Shown piece by piece: positions 20,409 to 34,036 of a stretch of 64,000 bases of DNA. The position numbers and the translations under genes are program-made. How positions within the stretch are numbered: position 1 is the stretch's first letter; each line of letters opens with the position of its first letter. The stretch covers positions 20,545,846 through 20,609,845 of the forward strand of contig NC_090414.1 in assembly GCF_036365525.1 (NCBI RefSeq), written 5' to 3'. A model generated the notes under the pieces. That model saw nothing but the letters and a program-made list of their open reading frames with translations. It searched no databases and was not told where the DNA came from. This DNA is from Heterodontus francisci (taxonomy: Eukaryota).

Positions 20409-22417
20409 ATGACTTCTCAGTTCTCTCCGGTGGCGGGGCCCTCCTATGCTGCAGCAGCTGCGACAGCTGCTCCTGTGGCCCCGTCACCATTTAAAATCTT
20501 AACATCAAAGCATTGGGTGAAGAGTTACACTCATCCTAATATGACTATTGAGGCTTGTGTTAAGGCAATGGCCGTGGTTGTCGGCCCCTCGGCCATTGTT
20601 GCAGCCTCAAAGATGTATGGGAAGGCTGTGTTCTTCCTGAAGACCGAGCGGGCTGTGTCCCTCGCCCTAAGTACGGGGCTCACAGTGGGTGGGATTTTCC
20701 TGCCAGTGGACCCTCTGGGGGCCACTGCACATCGGGTAACCTTGTCGAACGTCCCACCCTTCATTCCTGATGAGCTCCTCCTCCCCCACCTACACCATCT
20801 GGGGGAGGTGAGGTCAGGGATCACCCCAGTCCCGCTCGGTCTTCGGGAGCACAGCCTCCAACATCTCTACTCCTTCCGCCGCCAGCTATTCATGCAGCTG
20901 GCGCGGGAGGAGGTCTTGGAGGGCCACTTCGGTATAGAGATTCAGGGGACGGCCTACCGCGTCTTCCGGACCTCGGATGGGGCGCGGTGCCACGTCTGCA
21001 AGGGGGTGGGGCATGTTCGGAAGAACTGCCCCAATCTCCCGGCCACCAGCTCCACCTCGGCGGCCCAGAGTGGTTCCACAGCACCTCCTCCCACTCCCCC
21101 CACACATCCAATAGACACCGCTCAGTCGGTTCCAGAGGCTGTGGTTTTCACACCCTCCGGCGGGGAGGGGAGCGTCCGTCCGAGCGGAAGGAAGACGCGG
21201 GGAAAAAAGAAACATCATGAGGCGCGTCCCCTGGACACTTTGACTCAACCCGAGCCTCAGCTCAGCACAAAGCCCATTCCCATGGAATCCACCTGTCCCA
21301 GGGCTGGGCTCAGGCCCAGGGTGACTAAAAAGGAAAAAAAGGGTGCGGAGGCGGAGGCCTCTGATGACATGGAGATCTCTGAGCCTCCGCGCCCTAGTGG
21401 GAAAAAGAGGAGAAGGCACCCCTCCACAGAAATAACACAGGGCCCTGAGGTGCAGGGCCCATCTGTTGGAGGGGAGCTGCCTCCTGTTTTTCAGGTCCTC
21501 AGGTTCCCCCTACCGCCACCACCAAGGCTACAAAGTCCGGGCAGGAGCTCCCTATTCCTCAGGATGGAGGGGAGGGGATGGCCCCGGTACGTGAGGCCCC
21601 TCCTGAAGGAGTAAGTGGGGCCCTGCTTGTGGTGAGGGAGCCTGGGGACGCCGCCCATTCTGCCACTGCTACTGTGTTGGGTGTCCTGAATGAAGGGGAG
21701 GGCGACGCCCCAGAGGGTCAGCCCTCCCAGCCGGAGTCCACCACCAACCAGGAAACACCCGACCCGGTGAGCACTGAGAATGCTGCCCCATCTGCTGGAC
21801 CTGTGGGTGCTGGCGGAGCGGGAGATGGCCTCCTCTCTCCGCCTCCGGTCTCTGCTCCGGCTGGATTTCCGGAGTCGGGATCTTATGTCTCCCCTGGACC
21901 ACTCATTGGCCTGGGGACGGAGGTGGAGGGGGGTCCTGGGCTGCTGGCGCCCACAGGCTCCAGTTTTACAATAGAACCCAGAGAGGACTCCTCCGCCATC
22001 GATCCTGGGGGTGGGATCGTGACGGAGGCGGGACCAGCTGGCGCGGATGTGTCGGCCGCTGGCGGTGACGACCTGGAGGAGGATGGGGATTCGGTGTGGT
22101 GCACGGAGGATGATCTTGATTCCATCGCCAGTGAGGTGGTGGAGTCCCTCGTGCCTCCCACCGAATCTCCTCTCATCCCCACGGCGGAACTCCAGGATTT
22201 CCTCGCGGCTTGCAGGGGTTGCCGCGATAAAGTTCAGCTGGCCCTCGACCGCTGGTCGAATCTGGCGCTGATCATCCAGTCTGTCCATGCCGCCCTGAAG
22301 ATAACGGGCAAGCGCGCGGGCGTGAAACTGGTTGAGAGGCGCTGGTTTAATGTGTTCCTCAATGGGTTGCTGGGGGAGTGGAGGGCCAGGTGCACTTCCA
22401 CTCCCTCCTCACAGTGA
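20409..22417 (+). pseudogene. Tx1 ORF1 (CCHC zinc knuckle, long low-complexity/acidic region), one frameshift near 21490
   Basis: CHVCKGVGHVRKNC knuckle and AIVAASKMYGKAVFFLK / LSNVPPFI motifs typical of Tx1 ORF1. Continues in the 21578-22417 frame. Confidence 0.88.
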
Positions 22418-22449
22418 GGTGTCGGTGACGGGTTTTAAGTACCTTTGAC

Positions 22450-25400
22450 ATGAAGATAACCATAGCCAGCCTCAACATCAATGGCAGCAGAGGGTCTTAC
22501 CGCAGATTTCACAATCTCTCAGTCCTCAGGGAAGGGAGATACGCGGTGAGCTTTCTGCAGGAAACCCACACCGTTCTGGGAGACGAAGCCACCTGGCTCC
22601 TGGAGTGGCAGGGTGGGGTCTACATGAGTCACCTCACCCTTATTTCTAGTGGGGTGGCTATCTTGTTGGCCCCGACTTTTCAGCCGGAAAGCTTGGGGGT
22701 CAAGGAGCTAGTGCCAGGCCGCTTGCTCCACCTCGCCGTTCGCCTGGGTAGCGTGCCGCTCCACCTTGTGAACGTGTACGCGCCCAGGCCCGGCGCGTTG
22801 CAAGCGCGCTTCTTTGAAGAAGTGTCCGCTCTCTTGAGCTCCATCGATAGCGGCGAGTGCATCATCCTCGGGGGGGATTTTAACTGCACCCTCGAGGTGG
22901 GGGATCGCTCCGGACCCCAGCGCAGCCAAGCGTCGGTGGAGAAGTTGAGGGGACTGATCAGCTCCCTTAACTTGGTGGACGTCTGGCGGAATCTCCATCC
23001 CGACTCCAGCGCCTTCACGTGGAGGTCTGGAGGAGGGGGGTCGCGAATCGACCGCCTCTACATTTCGCAGGCGTACGTTTCCCGCGTCTCGGCGGCCTCC
23101 ATGCGGCTGGTGCCGTGCTCGGACCACCGCCTGGTGTGGGCGGAGTTCACTCCGCTCCGCACGCGGGCGGGGTCCGCGTACTGGCACTTTAACAACCGGC
23201 TGCTGGAAGACGAGCGATTTCGGGACTCGTTCTGTCGATTCTGGGACGACTGGAGAAGGAAGCAGGGGGGCTTCCCCTCCTTGAGGCTATGGTGGGATGT
23301 GGGCAAGACTCACATCCGCGTCTTCTGTCAGGGGTACGCGAAGGGGTCGACCAAGAGGCGGGAAGCCGAGATCGGGCGCCTTGAGAGGGAGGTGCTCGAC
23401 TTGGAGTCCCGCCTCGGTCATGCCGTCGTGGACCCGGCCCTGTGGCAGGCGTACAAAGAGAAGGGCGCGCTGAGGGACCTGCAGCTCACAGGGTCCCGAG
23501 GCGCGTACGTGAGGTCGCGGATCCAGATCCTGGAAGATTTGGACCGCGCCTCACCCTTCTTCGACTCGCTGGAAAAATGGCGGGGGGTCCGTAAGCAGCT
23601 CGTCGAGCTGCTGGCCGACGACGGATCCTCCATCACGGATCCGGAGGGAATGGGCCTCCTGGTCCGGACTTATTACAGTGCGTTGTTCTCTCCGGATCCG
23701 TCCAGCGAGGATGCGCGCAGAGTTTTGTGGGAGGACCTGCCGAAGGATTGGAGGCTCCGCTCACGTTGGCGGAGCTGACTGGCGCCCTCCACCAGCTCTC
23801 GAGGGGCAAATCCCCAGGGCTGGATGGGTTGACCGTGGAGTTCCGCAGGGCGTTCTGGGACGTCCTGGGGGACTATTACGCGCGGGTCCTGGGGGAAAGC
23901 CTGGCGACCAGGGAGATGCCCCTCTCGTGGCGCAGGGCGGTCACCGTCCTGCTGCCGAAGAGGGGCGATCTCCGCCTGCTTAAAAACTGGCGTCCGGTCT
24001 CCCTCCTCAGCACAGATTATAAGATCTTTGCCCGGGCTATGTCTACCCGCCTGGGCTCCGTGCTGGCCCACATGATCCACCCCGACGGGTCCGACACGGT
24101 CCCGGGCCGGTCCATCCAGGACAACATCCACCTGGTCCGGGACCTGATCCATCTTTCCCAGAGGACTGGTAAGTCGGTCGCCTTTCTCTCCCTCGATCAG
24201 GAGAAGGCGTTCGACAGGGTGGATCACGAATACCTTTTCGGGACTCTGCGCGCTTTCGGACTCGGGCCGCATTTCGTGGCCCATGTCCGGCTTTTATACG
24301 CTGCCGCAGAGTGTCTAGTCAAAGTTAACGGGTCCTTGACGGCGCCCCTTCGCTTTGGGAGAGGAGTGCGTCAGGGATGCCCCATGTCCGGCCAATCGTA
24401 TACCATCTGCGTGGAGCCCTTCCTGTGCCTGCTTCGCAGGAGGTTGACGGGATTGGCTCTGCGCGAGCCGGCCATGCGGGTCGTCCTCTCGGCTTACGCC
24501 GACGACGTGCTCCTCGCAGTCACAGATCCCGTTGACTTGCGGAGGATGCGCGACTGCCAGCAGACCTTTACTGCCGCGTCCTCCGCGAGGATCAATTGGG
24601 AGAAATGTTCCGGACTCCTGGTGGGTCAGTGGCGGGTGGCTTCCCTGACGGAGGAGATGACACCTTTTGCGTGGAGCACCACGCACCTCCTCTATCTGGG
24701 AGTCCACCTTAGCCCCGCTGAGGGAGCCTGGCCGGCAAACTGGCAGGAGTTGGAGGCGAAAGTCACCGCTCGGCTGGGGCGCTGGACAGGACTGCTCCGA
24801 GTGCTTTCCTACAGGGGCCGAGCGTTGGTCATAAACCAACTGGTGGCCTCCATGTTGTGGTACCGGTTGGTCACTTTGGCCCCGCCCCCTCTATTTGCCA
24901 CCAAGATCCAGAAGAAACTCGTCGATTTCTTCTGGGGCAAGAGGAAACACTGGGTCTCTGCCGCGGTCCTGAGTTTCCCGATTGAGGAGGGCGGTCAGTC
25001 GCTGGTGTGCGTCTGCACCCAGGCTGCGACTCTCCGCCTTCGGACCCTGCAGAGATACCTGTACGTCGAGCATCCTCCCAGATGGTGTGCGCTGGCGACG
25101 TATTTTTTCCGCCAGTGTCACTGCCTTCAAGACGACAGACAGCTCCCGGTGGAGTCCGTTAGCCGCGCCTCTCTGAGGGAGTTGCCTGTCTTTTACCGGG
25201 ATCTTTTCCGAGTCTGGAACATGGTCGCCTCCAGTCAGGGCGCTTCCCCGCCGGCGGAGGAGAGCGCCTCGGCTGTCCGGGCGGCCGACTCCGGGACGGT
25301 CCCGTGGGCAGAGGAGTAGCTGAAACCCTCGGGACGCCCCTCACTGTGGGTGGCGAGGGGGCTCGGGAGTGCGGAGCAATCCCGGCCGAGCTGACCCCCG

Positions 25401-26165
25401 CTCGACCAGAACTGCTCATCGGACCGTGGCCCCAAAACCCTCTTTTGGAGCTGGTCCCGCAAACCCGAGCCGCCTCTCAGAAATGCCCTCCGTGCCATTC
25501 CAATCGTCGCGGAGGGGTTTCCTGTACGGGCTGCTCCTGCACACTCTCCACTTCCTCGCCCTCGTCAGCCGGCTGGACACGCCCTGGCGGTCCGCGTTGC
25601 CATCTGGCGGCGAGGGGAAACCCCGATGGAGGTCTCTCTACGCGGGAGTCTTCCCCCTTTACATCGGGGACCTGGGGTGGAGGGTGCTGCACAGAGCAGT
25701 CCCGTGCAATCGACTTTTAAGTAGGTTCACGGACTCCCAGGCCACCTGTACTTTCTGCGGCCTGGACAAGTCCGTGTTCCACGTTTATACGGAGTGTGCG
25801 AGGTTGCAACCCCTATTTGAGTATCTGAAGGGGCTGCTCCTCAAATTCTGGCTGCACTTCAGTCCCACGCTCCTGATCTTTGGGCACCCGGTGCGGAGGG
25901 GCTTGGGCCGGGAGGAGGATCTCCTCGTCGGTCTGCTCCTGGGCCTGGCCAAGGTGGCAATTCACAGGCCCAGGCTGCGGGCCATCGGGGGAGGGGTTCC
26001 GTCCTCCCCGATTGCCTGCCCCTCTTCCGCGGTTACATTCGCGCCCGGTTGTCCCTGGAAAAGGAGCATGCGGTGTCCGCCGGTACGCTTGAGGCCTTCC
26101 GCGACCGGTGGGCACCGCAGGGACTGGAGTGCATTGTCGACGCCGAGAATGGCATTTTAATTTGA
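22450..26165 (+). pseudogene. Tx1 ORF2 (APE endonuclease, RT, zinc finger), frameshifted
   Basis: APE motifs SLNING, LQETH, GGDFN, SRIDR, SDH; RT motifs PGLDG, WRPVSLL, DQEKAFD, GVRQGCPMS, YADD. A 22-bp deletion near 23742 and later indels break the frame. Confidence 0.93.
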
Positions 26166-26298
26166 GTTTTGTTTATTTATCTGGTTTTAATAAAGTTATT
26201 TTAAAATTATGTACATAAAGGGGGCCTGAGGAATAAAGGCCCCCTCGACATAGATTATATAAAAGGGGCCTGGGGTATAAAGGCCACCTAAAAAAAAA

Positions 26299-26339
26299 CG
26301 GGGTTAGATACAGAGTAAAGTTCCCTCTACACTGTCCCA
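26299..26339 (+). repeat. 70-bp minisatellite, array B, right part
   Basis: cggggttagatacagagtaaagttccctctacactgtccca follows the E3 poly(A). Confidence 0.9.
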
Positions 26340-26694
26340 GTTCTAATTTCCCAGCCAGCTGACCTGTCCGAGTCAGACCGCTGATTGAAGTCTCTGCTTC
26401 TCCTGACGTACCGACCCCTGCCAGGGCGCACTTCCCTTCAGACCCTCAGCCACTGCGGAACTGGGAATGGTGGGGGCTGGGCTCTTTGACTGTGCGGGGA
26501 GTCGCGATCAGACCCAGGTGATCAATGAGCTGCCCCAGATACACACCACCTTGATACCGAGATGGGGTGGTTCACGACAGACCGTCCGCCGTTGAAAGGG
26601 GTTTTTGCGGCCCTCTGTGCTGCTGTTAGGATGGATTGTGGTGCCTTCATGTATCTGTCACTTTCCTCCTCCCCCCCACCCCCCTCTCTCTCAG

Positions 26695-26964
26695 GCTTCT
26701 CCTCCCTGACCCTGGAGGACCAGATGAGTGTGTTGCAGAGTGTGTGGATGGAGGTGCTGCTCCTGGGCATTGTTTACCGTTCCCTGCCCTACGAGGACCA
26801 GCTCATCTATGCGGAGGATTACGTCATGGACAAGGAGTTCTCAATGTTGTCCGGCCTCACGGAACTCAACTGCTCCATCCTGCAGCTCGTGAAGCGCTAC
26901 AAGAGTCTGAATCTGGAAACTGAGGAGTTTGTCACTCTGAAAGCACTGGCGCTGGCAAACTCAG
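26695..26964 (+). CDS. ESRRA: ESRRA ligand-binding domain exon (helices 4-8)
   Basis: [45 protein letters not shown]...[14 protein letters not shown]; the [12 protein letters not shown] segment is ERRalpha-like. Confidence 0.96.
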
Positions 26965-26985
26965 GTACGTGTGTGTCCCATTGCT

Positions 26986-29833
26986 GGGCCCAGAGAGAGA
27001 GAGAGAGTGAGTGACAGTACAGAGCCCAGAGAGAGAGTTACAGGACAGAGCCCAGAGAGAGAGAGAGGAGAGACATACAGTACAGAGCCCAGAGAGAGGA
27101 GAGAGATACAGTACAGAGCCCAGAGAGAGAGAGAGAGAGAGGAGTGAGATACAGTACAGAGCCCAGAGAGAGAGAGAGAGTTACAGGACAGAGCCCAGAG
27201 AGAGGAGAGACATACAGTACAGAGCCCAGAGAGAGAGAGAGAGAGAGAGGAGTGAGATACAGTACAGAGCCCAGAGAGAGAGAGAGGAGTGAGATACAGT
27301 ACAGAGCCCAGAGAGAGAGAGAGGAGTGAGATACAGTACAGAGCCCAGAGAGAGAGAGGAGAGAGATACAGTACAGAGCCCAGAGAGAGAGAGAGAGAGG
27401 AGTGAGATACAGTACAGAGCCCAGAGAGAGAGAGATGAGAGAGATACAGTACAGAGCCCAGAGAGAGAGAGAGGAGAGAGATACAGTACAGAGCCCAGAG
27501 AGAGAGAGGAGAGAGATACAGTACAGAGCCCAGAGAGAGAGAGAGGAGAGAGATACAGTACAGAGCCCAGAGAGAGGAGAGAGACACAGTACAGAGCCCA
27601 GAGAGAGAGAGAGGAGAGAGATACAGTACAGAGCCCAGAGAGAGAGAGAGGAGAGAGATACAGTACAGAGCCCAGAGAGAGAGAGAGGAGTGAGATACAG
27701 TACAGAGCCCAGAGAGAGAGAGAGAGGAGTGAGATACAGTACAGAGCCCAGAGAGAGAGAGAGAGAGGAGAGAGATACAGTAGAGCCCAGAGAGAGAGGA
27801 GAGAGACACAGTACAAAGCCCAGAGAGAGAGGAGAGAGATACAGTACAGAGCCCAGAGAGAGAGAGAGGAGAGAGATACAGTACAGAGCCCAGAGAGAGA
27901 GAGATACAGTACAGAGCCCAGAGAGAGAGAGATACAGTACAGAGCCCAGAGAGAGAGAGATACAGTACAGAGCCCAGAGAGAGAGAGGAGAGTTACAGTA
28001 CAGAGCCCAGAGAGAGAGGAGAGAGATACAGTACAGAGCCCAGAGAGAGAGAGATACAGTACAGAGCCCAGAGAGAGAGAGATACAGTAGAGAGCCCCGA
28101 GAGAGAGAGATACAGTACAGAGCCCAGGGAGAGAGAGGAGAGAGATACAGTACAGAGCCCAGAGAGAGAGAGAGGAGAGAGATACAGTACAGAGCACAGA
28201 GAGAGATACTGTACAGAGCCCAGAGAGAGAGAGGAGAGAGATACAGTACAGAGCCCAGAGAGAGAGAGAGGAGAGAGAGATACAGTACAGAGCCCAGAGA
28301 GAGAGAGATACAGTACAGAGCCCAGAGAGAGAGAGAGAGGAGAGAGTTACAGTACAGAGCCCAGAGAGAGAGAGAGGAGTGAGATACAGTACAGAGCCCA
28401 GAGAGAGAGAGATACAGTAGAGCCCAGGGAGAGAGAGGAGAGAGATACAGTACAGAGCCCAGAGAGAGAGAGGAGGGAGATACAGTACAGAGCCCAGAGA
28501 GAGAGGAAAGAGATACAGTACAGAGCCCAGAGAGAGAGAGATACTGTACAGAGCCCAGAGAGAGAGAGATACAGTAGAGCCCAGAGAGAGACACAGTACA
28601 GAGCCCAGAGAGAGAGGAGAGAGAGAGAGGAGAGAGATACAGTACAGAGCACAGAGAGAGAGAGATACTGTACAGAGCCCAGAGAGAGAGAGATACAGTA
28701 CAGAGCCCAGAGAGAGAGGAGAGAGTTACAGTACAGAGCCCAGAGAGAGAGGAGAGAGATACAGTACAGAGCCCAGAGAGAGAGAGATACAGTAGAGCCC
28801 AGGGAGAGAGAGGAGAGAGATACAGTACAGAGCCCAGAGAGAGAGAGGAGGGAGATACAGTACAGAGCCCAGAGAGAGAGGAAAGAGATACAGTACAGAG
28901 CCCAGAGAGAGAGAGATACTGTACAGAGCCCAGAGAGAGAGAGATACAGTACAGAACCCAGAGAGAGAGAGGAGAGAGATACAGTACAGAGCCCAGAGAG
29001 AGAGAGAGGAGAGAGATACAGTACAGAGCCCAGAGAGAGAGAGAGGAGAGAGATACAGTACAGAGCCCAGAGAGAGAGAGATACAGTACAGAGCCCAGAG
29101 AGAGAGAGATACAGTACAGAACCCAGAGAGAGAGAGGAGAGAGATACAGTACAGAGCCCGGAGAGAGAGGGAGGAGAGAGATACAGTACAGAGCCCAGAG
29201 AGAGAGAGGAGAGAGATACAGGACAGAGCCCAGAGAGAGAGAGATACAGTACAGAGCCCAGAGAGAGAGAGAGGAGAGAGATACACTACAGAGCCCAGAG
29301 AGAGAGGAGAGAGATACAGTACAGAGCCTAGATAGAGAGAGAGGAGAGAGATACAGTACAGAGCCCTGAGAGAGAGAGTGGAGAGAGATACAGTACAGAG
29401 CCCAGAGAGAGAGAGAGAGTGGAGAGAGATACACTACAGAGCCTAGATGGAGAGAGAGGAGAGAGATACACTACAGAGCCCAGAGAGAGAGAGGAGAGAG
29501 ATACAGTACAGAGCCCAGAGAGAGAGAGGAGAGAGATACAGTACAGAGCCCAGAGAGAGAGTGGAGAGAGATACAGTACAGAGCCCAGAGAGAGAGAGAG
29601 TGGAGAGAGAAACAGTACAGAGCCCAGAGAGAGAGAGGAGAGAGATACACTACAGAGCCCAGAGAGAGAGAGGAGAGAGATACAGTACAGAGCCCAGAGA
29701 GAGGGGAGAGAGAGAATGGAGAGAGATGCAGTACAGAGCTCAGAGAGAGAGAGAGAGAGAGAGTGGAGAGAGATACAGTACAGAGCCCAGAGAGAGAGAG
29801 AGAGAGAGTGGAGAGAGATACAGTACAGAGCCC

Positions 29834-29865
<32 letters not shown>

Positions 29866-31355
29866 GAGAGAGATACAGTACAGAGCCCAGAGAGAGAGAG
29901 AGAGAGAGAGTGGAGAGAGAAACAGTACAGAGCCCAGAGAGAGATACACTACAGAGCCCAGAGAGAGAAAGAGAGGAGAGAGATATAGTACAGAGCCCAG
30001 GGAGAGGAGAGAGATGCAGTACAGAGCCCAGGGAGAGAGCAGAGAGAGTTACAGTACAGAGCCCAGAGAGAGAGAGAGAGGAGAGAGATACAGTACAGAG
30101 CCCAGAGAGAGGGAGGAGAGAGATATAGTACAGAGCCCAGGGAGAGGAGAGAGATGCAGTACAGAGCACAGAGAGAGAGAGGGAGGAGAGAAATACAGTA
30201 CAGAGCCCAGAGAGAGAGAGGGAGGAGAGAGATACAGTACAGAGCTCAGGGAGAGAGCAGAGAGAGTTACAGTACAGAGCCCAGAGAGAGGAGAGAGATA
30301 CAGTACAGAGCCCGGAGGGAGATACAGCACAGAGCACAGAGAGAGAGAGGGAGGAGAGAGATACAGTACAGAGCCCAGAGAGAGAGAGAGAGGGAGGAGA
30401 GAGATACAGTACAGAGCCCAGGGAGAGAGCAGAGAGAGTTACAGTACAGAGCCCAGAGAGAGGAGAGAGATACAGTACAGAGCCCAGGGAGAGAGCGAGA
30501 GAGGAGAGAGTTACAGTACAGAGCCCAGAGAGAGTTACAGTACAGAGCACAGAGAGAGAGATACACTACAGAGCCCAGAGAGAGATCAGAGAGAGATACA
30601 GTACAGAGCCCAGAGAGAGAGCAGAGAGAGTTACAGTACAGAGCCCAGAGAGAGAGAGGAGAGAGATACAGTACAGAGCCCAGAGAGAGAGAGGAGAGAG
30701 ATACAGTACAGAGCCCAGAGAGAGAGAGGAGAGAGATACAGTACAGAGCCCAGAGAGAGAGAGGAGAGAGATACAGTACAGAGCCCAGAGAGAGAGGAGA
30801 GAGATACAGTACAGAGCCCAGAGAGAGAGGAGAGAGATACAGTACAGAACCCAGAGAGAGAGGAGAGAGATACAGTACAGAGCCCAGAGAGAGTGAGACA
30901 GAGAGGAGAGAAATACAGTACGGAGTCCAGAGAGAGAGAGGAGAGAGATACAGTACAGAGCCCAGAGAGAGAGAGAGGAGAGAGATACAGTACAGAGCCC
31001 AGAGAGAGAGAGAAGAGAGATACAGTACAGGGCACAGAGAGAGAGCAGAGAGGAGAGAGTTACAGTACAGAGCCCAAAGAGAGAGCAGAGAGAGATACAG
31101 TACAGAGCCCAGAGAGAGGAGAGAGAGTTACAGTACAGAGCCCAGAGAGAGTTTTGCAGTACAGAGCCCAGAGAGAGAGATACAGTACAGAGCCCAGAGA
31201 GAGAGAGGGAGGAGAGAGATACAGTACAGAGCCCAGGGAGAGAGAGAGAGGAGAGAGATACAGTACAGAGCCCAGGGAGAGAGAGATACAGTACAGAGCC
31301 CAGGGTGAGAGCAGAGAGAGTTACAGTACAGAGCCCAGTGAGAGAGCAGACAGAG
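26986..31355. repeat. 4.4-kb GA-rich compound minisatellite (gagatacagtacagagccca + (ga)n)
   Basis: Directly visible; fills most of the last ESRRA intron and produces many spurious ORFs. Confidence 0.97.
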
Positions 31356-31919
31356 TTTGTATTATTCTAGAATATTGAGACATATTAGAAGCAGCAATTC
31401 AGTTCTGTCAAACTCCTGCAGTGGTTTGACACAGCCTGTTTGACGGTACGAAGGAAAAGTACAGGGCTAAACTGCACAGTGTGAACTCTGACCCACTAGA
31501 ACCCTGGAAAAATTTACACCATTTTACAATAAATTAAACCAGGAAATCTTCCGTGGAAAACTTCAAAACTGTGCTCCGGAGTGACTCCTGTGGGCTGGAG
31601 GTTGTGAGTACACCGTGACAGGCAACTGTTTACATACAGGATTTCCACTGTAAATGATCAGAGGTATTTTCAGTATTAACTATTCAGGCAGAGGTGTGAA
31701 TGGTAATTCTGACAACAGGAGGTTGGACAGCAAGTGTGTACACACACTAGATTTTTAGCCGCTGTGCCTCCCTCCGTTTCCCCCCTTCTCCTTTGCAGGA
31801 TGTGTCCCTCCTTTTCATTCCCAAAGACTTCCCCTCATTTTCAAACCCTTCCACAGCCTTTATCACAAAACCATTCAGCTGTCCACGCCCCGCCACTAGA
31901 ATTTCCTCCCTCACCACCA

Positions 31920-32342
31920 CTTGATTGGCACCCCATCCACAAACATTCACTCCCTCCACCACCGACGCACAGTGGCAGCAGTGTGTACTATCTACAAGAT
32001 GCACTGCAGCAACGCACCAAGGCTCCTTCGACAGCACTTTCCAAACCCAGGACCTCTACCAACTAGAAGGACAAGGGCAGCAGACGCATGGGAACACCAC
32101 CACCTGCAAGTTCCCCTCCAAGCCACACACCATCCTGACTTGGAACTATATCGGCCGTTCCTTCACTGTCGCTGGGTCAAAATCCTGGAACTCCCTCCCT
32201 AACAGCACTGTGGGTGTACCTACCCCACACGGACTGCAGTGGTTCAAGAAGGCAGCTCACCACCACCTTCTCAAGGGCAATTAGGGATGGGCAATAAATG
32301 CTGGCCTGGCCAGCGACGCCCACATCCCACGAACGAATAAAA
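31920..32342 (+). mobile_element. LINE 3' end (CR1/L2 group), same family as 55680-56565 and 59330-60270
   Basis: IGTPSTNIHSLHHRRTVAAVCTIYKMHCSN ORF2 remnant and the shared tail ggcaataaatgctggcc...gcccacatcccac. Confidence 0.75.
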
Positions 32343-32344
32343 AA

Positions 32345-33075
32345 GTCTCAACAGGGTGGAGGAACAGAGGGATCTGGGGATACAGATACACAAACCACTA
32401 AAAGTAACAACACAGGTTAATGAGGCCTTAAAAAAAGCAAAGCAAGTCCTGGGTTCATTAATACAGGGATTGAATTGAAAAGCAGAGAAGTTATGTTGAA
32501 CTTGTATCGAACCTTGGTTAGACCGCACTCGGAGTGACTGTGAACAGTTCTGCTCTCCGTATTATAAAAAAGGAGATCGAGGCAGTGGAGAAGGGACAAA
32601 AAAGATCTAAGGAATGATATCAGAACTGAGAGGTTATTCCTATCAGGAAAGATTGAACAGGCTGGGGCTTTTTTCTCTAGAAAAGAGAAGGCTGAGGGGT
32701 GACCTGATTGAGATCTTTAAGATTATGAAGGGGGTTCGATAGGGTAGACGTAGAGATGTTTCAACTTGCGGGCGAGACCAGAACTCGAGGTCATCAATAT
32801 AAGAGAGTCACTAATAAATCCAATGGGGAATTCAGGAAAAATTTATTTCCCCGGAGAGTGGGGAGAATGTGGAACTCACTACCACAGGGAGTGGTTGAGG
32901 TGAATAGTATCGATGTATTTAAGGGGAAGCTGGATAAACACATGAGGGAGAAAGGAATAGAAGATGATGGTGATGGGGGGAGATGGAGAGGGGGTGGGAG
33001 GAGGCTCATGTGGAGCAGAAACACCAGCACGGAGCAGAGGGGCCGAATGGCCTGGTTCTGTGCTGTGAACTCTAT
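32345..33075 (+). mobile_element. CR1-type LINE 3' fragment
   Basis: Remnants of [20 protein letters not shown] and TRGH..K...F..RV..WNSLP. Confidence 0.75.
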
Positions 33076-33159
33076 AAAATAGTGGGTGAAGGAAAGGAAA
33101 TGGGGGGAAGCACGGATTGGAGATAGTCAATTGACCGGCCCTTTGTTGCCCCCTTGCAG

Positions 33160-33407
33160 ACTCTGTCCACATCAATGACCTTCAGGCCATCCAGCGGCTG
33201 CAGGACCTGCTCCACGAGGCCCTGCTGGAGTACGAGGCGGCCCAGCACCCCGGGGAGCCGCAGAGGGCCGGCAAGCTGCTGATGACCCTCCCCCTCCTGC
33301 GGCAGACCGCCAACCAGGCCCAGCAGCACTTCCACAGCCTGAAACTGGAGGGGAAAGTCCCCATGCACAGGTTGTTCCTGGAGATGCTGGAGGCCATGAT
33401 GGACTAG
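33160..33407 (+). CDS. ESRRA: ESRRA last coding exon (helices 9-12)
   Basis: [27 protein letters not shown]...[16 protein letters not shown]...[21 protein letters not shown]. The AMMD ending is that of ERRalpha rather than beta or gamma. Confidence 0.97.
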
Positions 33408-34030
33408 GCCTGGGCCAGGGACTTGAAGACACGCTGGGAGTGAGGGTGGACGCAACTCGACCACTGGAAGGGCAGGAACACAGAGGGATGGGGTGTGGGG
33501 GATGAGGGGTAATGATGGGCCCATAGACAGCATGGGTATAGGGGAGGGGGAAATGAACTGGGGGTGGGGTTGCTGAACCCACTGCTCCCTCCCCTTTTGC
33601 AGTGGTCTTATTTTGCAGTCTGTTTGGTTTTGGATGACAGGGAAGGTGGGAATAATTAGCAAGCCGCCATCGTGCCAGAAAATGGATCCGAGGCTATTCC
33701 GTCCTGGAGTGTCTTTCCCCACCACTCCCGAAAAGAAATGGTTAAAAAAGGAAGTCAAAGTATGTATGAAGCAGCCACTTTAAATGATGGGCCCCTGCTG
33801 ATTGACAGCTGGGCAGCCATGGGTGGGCACAGCTGTCTATCACAGCTCTGCTCCAATCACAAGCATGCAGGAGCAGGGATAGGCTTTGAGGCACCGCCTT
33901 TTAAAAGGGTATCCCACCCTGAAGAGCTGCGGTGGACCCATCACAATTAAAACCCGAAGCAAATATTTTTAACATCTATTTATTGATGTATATATTTTGA
34001 ATGTGATTTAATATTTTAAGAATTGTGTGA

Positions 34031-34036
34031 AATAAA
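34031..34036 (+). terminator. Candidate ESRRA polyadenylation signal
   Basis: AATAAA following an AU-rich stretch about 620 bp after the stop codon. Confidence 0.5.

Larger units (their letters stand above)
19759..26298 (+). mobile_element. Full-length Tx1-clade retrotransposon, copy E3 (frameshifted), in an ESRRA intron
   Basis: ~650-bp 5' UTR, ORF1 20409-22417, 32-bp spacer, ORF2 22450-26165, 3' UTR and poly(A). Inserted at ggtacagca^cggggttagata. Confidence 0.95.

Noticed and set aside
26961-31378. ORFs up to 798 aa (ERERYSTEP and LSLWALYC repeats)
   Set aside because: Minisatellite translation inside an ESRRA intron.
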